Shown here: positions 56,701-63,980 of the stretch, one piece after another
Numbering within the stretch: position 1 is the stretch's first letter
Layout of the letters: each line of letters opens with the position of its first letter
From: Paraspadella gotoi
Taxonomy: Eukaryota > Animalia > Chaetognatha
Assembly (NCBI GenBank): GCA_051294375.1
Contig: CM119269.1
Coordinates: 8,367,245-8,431,224, forward strand
DNA length: 63,980 nt
Reading direction: 5' to 3'
Made by a program: the position numbers and the translations under genes
The notes under the pieces: generated by a model
Told to the model about the DNA's origin: nothing
The model's input: only the letters and a program-made list of their open reading frames with translations
Database searches by the model: none

Positions 56701-59700
56701 GCTTTTCTTAATTCGAAAAAACAAACACAATAATCAACCATAACTAATAAAACATTCAATTTTGTAAAATGGAATTTACCCTTCCCAAAAAATCTACGGC
56801 GTCGAGAATGAAGTTGCTACCAGGTTTGCTCCTTTGTCTTTCCAAACTGGGCTGCGATTGGTTCGTCCCGCTGCCGATAGGTGACGGAGAGGGAGAGATC
56901 CCGTCTTTTGTTTTTTTTGTTGGAAGAATAAAACGAGATTATTAGATTCAGTTCTATGAGAACTAAAAAAATCATAACTTTTATGTCTTAAGTTAATTTG
57001 TGAACAACAAGGAACTGTGAATACTTTGTGAGTCGTGAATCGTTCAAGTTTTTTTTAATTTTTTTACCCCTTCCAAAAAAAAATGTGCATGCGGGTGATT
57101 AAATGTTAGAACATGATCGTCGTCGTCGTCGTCGTCGACGTCGTCGTCGNNNNNNNNNNCGTCGTCGTCGTCGTCGTCGTCGTCGTCCTCACCATCATCG
57201 TCGCCCTCGTTATCGTCGTGTTCCTTCGAAGCCGACGAGTCCAGTTTGATCTCGAGCTTCTTGAGCCGCTGCCGCTGTCGCTGCCGCAGCGGGTCTTCTA
57301 CAGCCGCGGCGTCGCAGCCCGCGGCGCTGGCGAAATCCTCGACCCCGCGACGCTGACCCGACGGCGTCAAAGGTCGCGCGTTCGAGGCTAAAGGATCGCG
57401 CATTTTTGGAGACGGTGGACGAGCGATTGGAGTTGCGCGGATTCGAGAGGGTTTCGTTAAATTCGTCAAACGAAGAACGGAAATAGTGAGAATTTCGATT
57501 TAACGACAACCAAGAATGCCGATTTCGTTAAAGTCGAAATGTTAACGACAAAAACAGAAAAAAAAAACCCTGAATATTTTAATTAGTGGGTTTTAAATAA
57601 ATTTTTCAATATAAAAAAAAAAAGTGACTTTATGGGACCCAAATAAAAATAACAACGTAAACACAGTAGATTACAATCTTACATTAAATTACAATATATT
57701 TCTCACCGGCGCCGAAGATTCCATCGGCCGGCGTCGGAATCGCCATCTCTCCCGCTCCGGCGGGCGACGGCGGCGGCGGCTTCGTCGTCGTCGTCGTCGT
57801 CGTAACGTCGTGGCGCGAGGATTGACGCCAACGCGGCGGCGACGACGGAGGCGAAGCCGTCCCGCGGCGCTGCGTCGTCGACAGCGGCGGCGGATGCGGC
57901 GGCGGCGGAAGATGACCGGAAGTTTTACCGGAGGCAGCGAGACGCTTTTCCGGCGCCGGAGGGAAGGAGAGACCGGAGAGCGGGGCGTTGTAGGAAGAGT
58001 CCCGGTACCAGACTAAGCTGCGAAAGAAGTGGTGATGAAGAAATAGTTTCTCTGATTGATTTGATCGATTTGATCGATTTATTTGATTGACTGATTGATT
58101 GATTGATTTGACTGATTTGATTGCTTGATTCATTGATCAACTCACGGATCCCTCCTAGATTCCGTGGCGCTCATCGTCGTCGTCATCGTCGTCGTCTCCG
58201 AATTCGCGCGATGCGGCGTCGACTGCCGCTGACGCTCCTGCTGCGGCTGTTGCGGCTGCTGCTCCCGCTTCTGCTGTTGCTGCTGTTGCTGCTGGTTGGG
58301 CAAAGATGGCGGCGCCGCTGAGACTCCGACGTCGACGTCGAACCAGAGATCGTCGATGCGGCGCTGCTGATGTTGATGCTGTATTTTCTGTTGTTGATGT
58401 TGCTGCAGATTTTGCGGCGAACGTGGAATTTCTTCGCTTCGTCGCCGAAGAGAATCTGATGATGAAGAAGAAAAATAAAAACAATTTTAGATCAGAAAAA
58501 AACAGATGAAGCCAAAGACGATGATGACGACGATGACGACGACAGCGACAGCAACGGCGACAACGACCTCTTTGTCTGGCGATGGCGGCGACTACGGCGT
58601 CCTCGGCGTTCTCCACTTCGGCGGCGTCGCTGTGATGACCGCAACGGCGCCACCATGAGGACGACGCCGATTTCTCTGGCGACGTTGCACTTGAGGAGAA
58701 AAAAAAATACTGACATGGTGACATGAGAATAGGTTGACATGGTAACGTTTTTACCTTCTCCTTCTTTGCCAAGGCAGCGAATCATTTCCCTCCTTCCACG
58801 GCGCGGCACTGTCACGCCATGAGACGGCGCCGCCTCCTTCATTAGAAGGAGCGAGCCCTCTTTTTCCGCCGGCGTCTTTTTCGTGAACGAGGCTGAATCA
58901 AATGTGAATCTTAAATGTAACTCACATCTCACACAATTCCCTCACACTTACTGCTGCTTAGTTTGTGAATAGAGATGCTTCAGGGTAAATGCACTGAAAA
59001 TAACTATCGATAACTTTTACCCCACCTAGCAGCCCTGTATGGGGGCTCGAAACAAGGCTTAGCGTGGTCGCTCTGGGAATGAACCCGGTATCCAGAGGTT
59101 ATGGGGAGATGGCTCTACTCAGGACCCAAATGGCGATTTATTGGGGTTTAAACATAAGCGAGGTCATGAGACGTCGTTTTTCTTCCCCCGCCCTCACCGC
59201 TTGTCCCTCTTCCTCCTTAGCAGCCGGTCGAGGTATGCCCGGACGTGCCCGCCGGGCTGCGCGCGGGCGTCGACGCCCTCGGCCGTTCGATCGATCGCGT
59301 GCATCACGTAGAAGAGTTGAGCGTCGGTGAGGATCGGGGCCGAAGAGTTGGGGTTGAAGTCCTCGCAGCCCTAGGGGGCGGGGAGGGGGTTCACGGAAGA
59401 ATGAGCTTATGGATCGGTATTACTTTAATCTTTATATTAATCAATCAATAAATAAGAATAATAAATAAATAAATAAATATAAAATTAATCCAGAAAGAAA
59501 TAATTCTATATATGTGGACAAGGCGCTACGTGGGCTGAAGATGACTGTCCGTAACTTCTATAACCCCCTCTAGCAGCCATGGAACGGGTCCCTGGGCTTG
59601 GAACCAGGCTTGAGGGTTTGCCATGCGCCCAAGGCGGCTTACGGCCGTCCTCACGCTTCCCGCAGGGGAGGTACCGGGTTGGGATTGAACCCGGTACCTA

Positions 59701-61933
59701 GTGGTCATGAGCTGATGGCTTTACTCAATGAGCCACCGGGTCACAACTGAAAGTGTCATGATTCTAGGCGGGGTGAACCTAGGCAATGCCCGACTACATA
59801 TAATGTATTCGAACAAATAAAATTGATTGAAATCCAATCGATTCAATCGATGAACCAATCAAAGATCAACAAAGAGCTCACGATGCTCTTTTATTTTTGG
59901 GCGAAAAGAAATCCTAAAGATGGCGATTTGTCTGAATTGAGATTCACAGATTGCCTCCAACCTGTTGGGCGTATTGCAGGATGGAATCGACCATTTTGTT
60001 GACGGATCCGAGTTGAGCGACGCTCTGTTCCGACGACGATAGAAGACGAGAGTCGAAGAAGCATCGTTCGTCTTCGTCTGAATGCGAAGATTCATTCATT
60101 TATTCATTTCATTCACCGATGCGGTGAATTATTCATTTCATTCACCGATGCGGTGAATTATTCATTTCATTCACCGATTCGTTGATTTTCTTAAGTCATT
60201 CGTACTTTTATTTATTCATTTATTCAATCATTTAATCATTCATTCGTTCATTAGGTCAAACCTTCATTCATTTGCTCAATTATTTATTCTTTCATTCCTT
60301 CATTCATTCATTCATTTATTCTTTTATTATTTCATTCTTCATATATCATAATTGTTGATCTTTCCACCATTCACACTTTCAAATCCGTTCATTAAACCAT
60401 TGACACATTAAATCAGTACCTATTTTTTTACCCATTCGCTAATTTATTTTGATTATTAATAATAAATATATTATAAATATATATATAATATTATATATAT
60501 ATTTTCTCACCGAAGAGGGCGTGGCCCGGCGCCGAGTAAAGCATCATGGCACCTTTCCGCGTGAACAAAGTCTTTGGCAGCGAAATTTCTCCGTCTGACT
60601 TTTCGCGTAGTTGATCGTTCAAGTAGGCGTCGACTGCTTCGCGACCTGATCGGATTGATTGATTGATTGATTTATTTATTTATTTATTTATTGAATGATT
60701 GATTGAATAATTGATTTCATTGATGGTTTTATTGATTGATCGAATGATTGATTGATTCATTTAATTGATTGTTTGACTAATTTGATTGATATATTTGATT
60801 TGATTTGATTGATAAGCTTGATATGATTTGATTGGTTAGCTTGATTTGATTATTTTATTTATTCTATTCTTTAAAAGATTAGTTTATCTATATATATTTC
60901 AGTTTTTTCTTTAATTCATGGAATGATTGAGTGTTTGAGTGATTGATTGGATGATTGAATGATCGATTGATTGATCATTTCATAATTGGCGAAGACCTTT
61001 GATTGGTTAAAACATCAGTCGAGTAATTCTAGGATAAGTCTTCGGTACACCTTTGCTTTTCGGCGTGGACGCTAACCGCCTCCTGTGGGCCAGCAGCGGC
61101 GTCGCGGCTCCGAAGAGACTGGGAGCGGCGGAAGCGGCGGCGGAGGCTGCGGAGGCGGCGCCGGAGAGGGCGTCGCTTCTCGGCGACGTCGGCGTCGAAA
61201 CTTGAGTCACGGGAGGAAAAGAATCAGCGAGGACGAGACTCGGCACCGACGGCGACTGAGAAGGGAAAAAAAATACGTGGGAGGTTGTATCTATTCTTTA
61301 TGTATGAAATAGTACAACAATATGAAAATTAACCATTTCTTCAAGAATTAAGCTATCTTCCCCATCCATTTGGACAGGGTTAAGACCGCCATGACTCTTA
61401 CATGACTGCTCTCCGTTTTTTCTGTGCCCCCTCAGCAGCCACGGAACAGATCCTCGGCTTGGAACTTAGCTTGAGGGTTTATCCAGACCCGCGCTTGGTA
61501 AACATATTCAACGTATTTTTTAGTTACGTCGCGAGTACTCGCAGGGCAACTCTATAAGACACTTAGGTGTCGATCGTTCGGTCAGTCTGTCCATTAAAAG
61601 AAAGATACAGCGGTGCAAGGCCTTAAAACTGACGGGTCTTGTTTTAGTATTAAGCCGAATTACCTTAGACCGACTTACCTTAGGCCCTAAACAACTTTGC
61701 ACTGGCACAGAAAATACTAATAGTAGTCTTCAGCCTACTTAGCGCCTCATCTTCATTCTTAATGAGTAAGGCATTAGGTAAGTCGCCTCAATATAATGTT
61801 CTGCTCGTTTTACATTCACTAACTCAATCAACCAATCTCTCACCTTTGAATATCCCTCCTGTAACTCGAGATTCACTGGCGCCGCCCAAGTTCCGGCGCC
61901 GCGGGACAGTGCGCTCAGACTTCCGGTTGGCAT
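46211..61933 (-). CDS. KIAA2012: KIAA2012 (DUF4670)-like protein. Exons include 61933-61844, 61255-61051, 60645-60511, 60077-59962, 59370-59198, 58892-58755, 58689-58568, 58455-58146, 58017-57707, 57387-57193, 56904-56780, 56377-56191, 54515-54330, (middle exons at ~53.9, ~51.1 and ~50.1 kb unresolved), 49241-48746, 48435-48357, 47581-47485, 47195-46942, 46578-46561, 46271-46211
   Basis: Phase-consistent GT-AG exon chains. Motifs recalled from vertebrate KIAA2012 appear in the same order: SLSALSRG (SLLSRG), LPKTLFTRKGAMMLYS (LPKTFSTRKGALILYS), LGSVNKMVDSILQY (LHTLQDLKEAILAY), AQPGGHVRAYLDRLLR (IQPGHSAKRYLRGLLR) and C-terminal VTRQFSFTYY (ISRPWVYSY). Confidence 0.8.
46815..46950 (-). repeat. 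~40-bp tandem repeat, each unit carrying tggaacaa|GT (copies of the real donor at 46941)
   Basis: acttgttcca(t/c)gt occurs at ~46818, 46858, 46897 and 46940. Confidence 0.85.
48585..48745 (-). repeat. ~39-bp tandem repeat starting at the donor at 48745
   Basis: gacctttctcaaaacgatcccaccttcgacct repeated about 4 times. On the minus strand the units contain aaag|gtcag. Confidence 0.8.
50497..50905. repeat. Intronic ~90-bp duplication plus 25-bp tandem repeats (gactgaaaaagtaaggaaaagtga)
   Basis: Direct reading. Confidence 0.85.
51985..53385. repeat. Long polypurine (GGAA/GAAA-rich) low-complexity tracts
   Basis: Almost pyrimidine-free on + at ~51985-52815 and ~53120-53385. Confidence 0.85.
54997..55243 (+). 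mobile_element. SINE-like copy (same body as 2965; uninterrupted tail; internal duplication)
   Basis: actgtgagagagtcttgattgaaagcttgcaggg...aatagctt...aaatggataatttttatattggttgtaccaattt. Confidence 0.7.
59025..59125 (-). mobile_element. Degenerate tRNA-SINE fragment
   Basis: gggaatgaacccggtatccagaggttatg..gatggctctactc aligns with 59680-59726. Confidence 0.55.
59540..59740 (-). mobile_element. tRNA-derived SINE (head plus body)
   Basis: The minus strand reads ggTGGCTCATTGAGtaaagcc...ccgGGTTCAATCCC (Pol III A and B boxes). It is followed by a non-tRNA body shared with 61400-61490. Confidence 0.75.
60090..60185. repeat. 29-bp tandem repeat with an internal palindrome (ttcaccgatgcggtgaa)
   Basis: About 2.5 copies just upstream of the acceptor at 60077. 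Confidence 0.8.
61303..61490 (-). mobile_element. SINE body plus complete shared 3' tail
   Basis: Minus strand: aaaccctcaagctaagttccaagcc..tgtaagagtcatggcggtcttaaccctgtccaaatggatgggaagatagctt..aaatggttaattttcatattgttgtactatttcata. Confidence 0.7.
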
Positions 61934-62756
61934 CGCGTTTTTGACGCCGCTTTTGATCTATGGATGCCACTAGAGATGGAAGTTTCTAAGCCAACTAACC
62001 TCAGTTATAATGTTAATTGAATAAAGGGAGAATAAATTAATATCAAAGTTAAGAAAATAAGTACATCATGAGCCAACAAAAACTATTCGTTTTAGGTATG
62101 AAGCATCGAGGAGCGAGTAAAATACTTACCTTATGAGAAAACTCCTCGAAGGCAACATATTTCGTTTGTGTTAATTAATATTCGAAAATGCGAAGGTAAA
62201 CAAATCCATTTTCATCGATTCTGTTTCATTTTCATGAGTCAACAGACGAATGGAGAAGGTATGGACTCTATAATCATACTCCTCCTCCTCATCTTCCTCC
62301 TCCTCCTCCTCCTCTTTCTCCCCCTCACGCGAGGTAAGGTCAACAACTTTTCTTCTTCCTCTTCCTTACGTACGTATATAGTTTCTCCTCATCTTCTTTT
62401 TTCTTCTTCTTCTTTTCATTTCTCTTTTAAACTTCTGATTCTTGCTTCGAGAATCGTCCTCAGATTTTCATTTCATATCAGAGGAAACAAAGATTTATTT
62501 GCAAGCCCGCCCGGCATTTATAAAAATACGGGGGTTTAGGTCAAAATAAATTTGCTAGTGTGACTAAATTACTACGACAATAATATAATTGCGAATCTAA
62601 TCACTAGTTCAAAATGATTTATTTTTCGAGGAATACTTTGGTAAACTGGTAAACTGGTAAACTTTCTTTCATATGGTTAAAAAAAAAAGTCAAAATTAAA
62701 ATATTGAAGACAGAGTGATAATTGTTATATGTTAGTGACAGAACCGTTCAATATAA

Positions 62757-62892
62757 GCAGTCCCTGAGCTTCGGATCAGGCTGTAACACCGTGTTACAGG
62801 CGGATTAAGCGCCTCGTCCCTCTTAACTGCGAGGCGGCCACAGGGCTAGAACCCCGGACCTTTGGGTTGGGAGGCTAATGACTTGCCACCAT
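62757..62892 (-). mobile_element. tRNA-derived SINE, related subfamily
   Basis: Minus strand: ggtggcaagtcattagcctcccaacccaaaggtccggggttctagccc, then a body gcctgatccgaagctcagggac similar to the 59590 copy. Confidence 0.65.
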
Positions 62893-63980
62893 AATATTTA
62901 GATTATCAAAAGCTAAAATTAATAAAAACTAATAATAAAAAATTATATATGTATAAATATAACATAATATATATTGGTTCTACCAATTTCATAAATAATT
63001 TGTAATAAAAATTTTTAATGAATATTGACAAATTTAAAACTTAAAATATTAAACCTTTTAAAAAATAAGTAAGGATTTTGGGTTATAAAAAATGAAAATA
63101 AAGCATAGGCAAAAATACCCTCCAGCTTTTTTATCTGTTCAGAACTTGAGATGTTTAATTCTAGATACTACAAGTATTTGAGCGTGCATTGCAGTGCATA
63201 TTAACCTCGAAATTTTAACCTTTAAACATTTCGTAACTTTTCGCTTGAGTCATCGTCATTATCATCATCATAACTGCCCGGCGAAAGTTGGCCGAAAAAC
63301 GAAGTCTTTTTCCGTTTTCAAATCATCGTCATCATCATCATCATCATCATCATCACCATCATCATCATCATCTCTGAAATCCAAGTGAGAGAGCGAGTTC
63401 ACCAGATTTGTGATTTTCACGAAACCACAACAACTAAACAACGATCGACAGCAAAAGTTATAACTTTGCTTTGTTCATTAAAGTATCCAACTATTTATCA
63501 AAACTTTTTAACTATTAGTTTTATTTAAATATTGATCTCTCTTCTGAAAAAAAAAATGACACTAAAGTCTCCTAACGCGAAACCAGTCGACGTTCTCTCT
63601 TTGGATAAAATCTGCAAAACAGGTGAATCAATTTAAGGGGAGTCAATGAAAACAAATAAATAAGTATGTACGTTTTGAAAACTACAATATTCTTTTTTTA
63701 ATTACAACTTCCCAATATTATTTATCGAAGAAAATGAAAATCACATTTTTTTAAAGCAGTTACTAAGCCCACTTTGACAATCATTTCTAACCACTGTCGC
63801 TTAATTTACATATATTGTAGCGGTAGCATTTCATACCCCTTTGCTCATATATATACCTATCTACAAAGCGATGTAAAGTTTATAAGCTAACCCTAAACTT
63901 TGTGAGAATGAGAATCGAATATAATCATATCCCATAAGTTCAATCGACATCAAATGTGACATTACAAATGAGGAAAAAAC

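Noticed and set aside
59678-59740. Functional tRNA gene (also 62840-62892)
   Set aside because: A and B boxes are present but there is no complete acceptor stem, and the sequence continues into a repeated SINE body.

Overview
Eukaryotic (invertebrate-metazoan-like) AT-rich draft-assembly window with many N gaps and (GA/CT)n microsatellites; most short ORFs in the track are microsatellite artefacts. The left half is mostly mobile or repetitive DNA: a Helentron-type non-autonomous element (HINE-like, ~3137-5578) nested in a SINE tail, a ~1.7-kb-arm inverted duplication (4697-8506), a frameshift-riddled BEL/Pao LTR retrotransposon (~8.5-17.7 kb, +), an intact CsRn1-clade Ty3/Gypsy element (28944-34517, -) with a G_GGA_AAU -1 frameshift signal, and a ~495-bp satellite array with internal subunits (34.55-39.03 kb). 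The right half holds three spliced genes that I reconstructed by hand. They are the N-terminal half of a TSSK/CAMK-like kinase (-, with a GC-AG intron, running into the satellite), a complete 5-exon prostaglandin reductase 1-like gene (+, 42335-45764) and a many-exon KIAA2012 (DUF4670)-like gene (-, 61933-46211). tRNA-derived SINEs with a shared 3' tail are scattered through the window. A recurring oddity is that several splice donors are tandemly reiterated into the start of their introns. Family assignments rest on motif recall, not database searches. I did not find a clearly new biological system.
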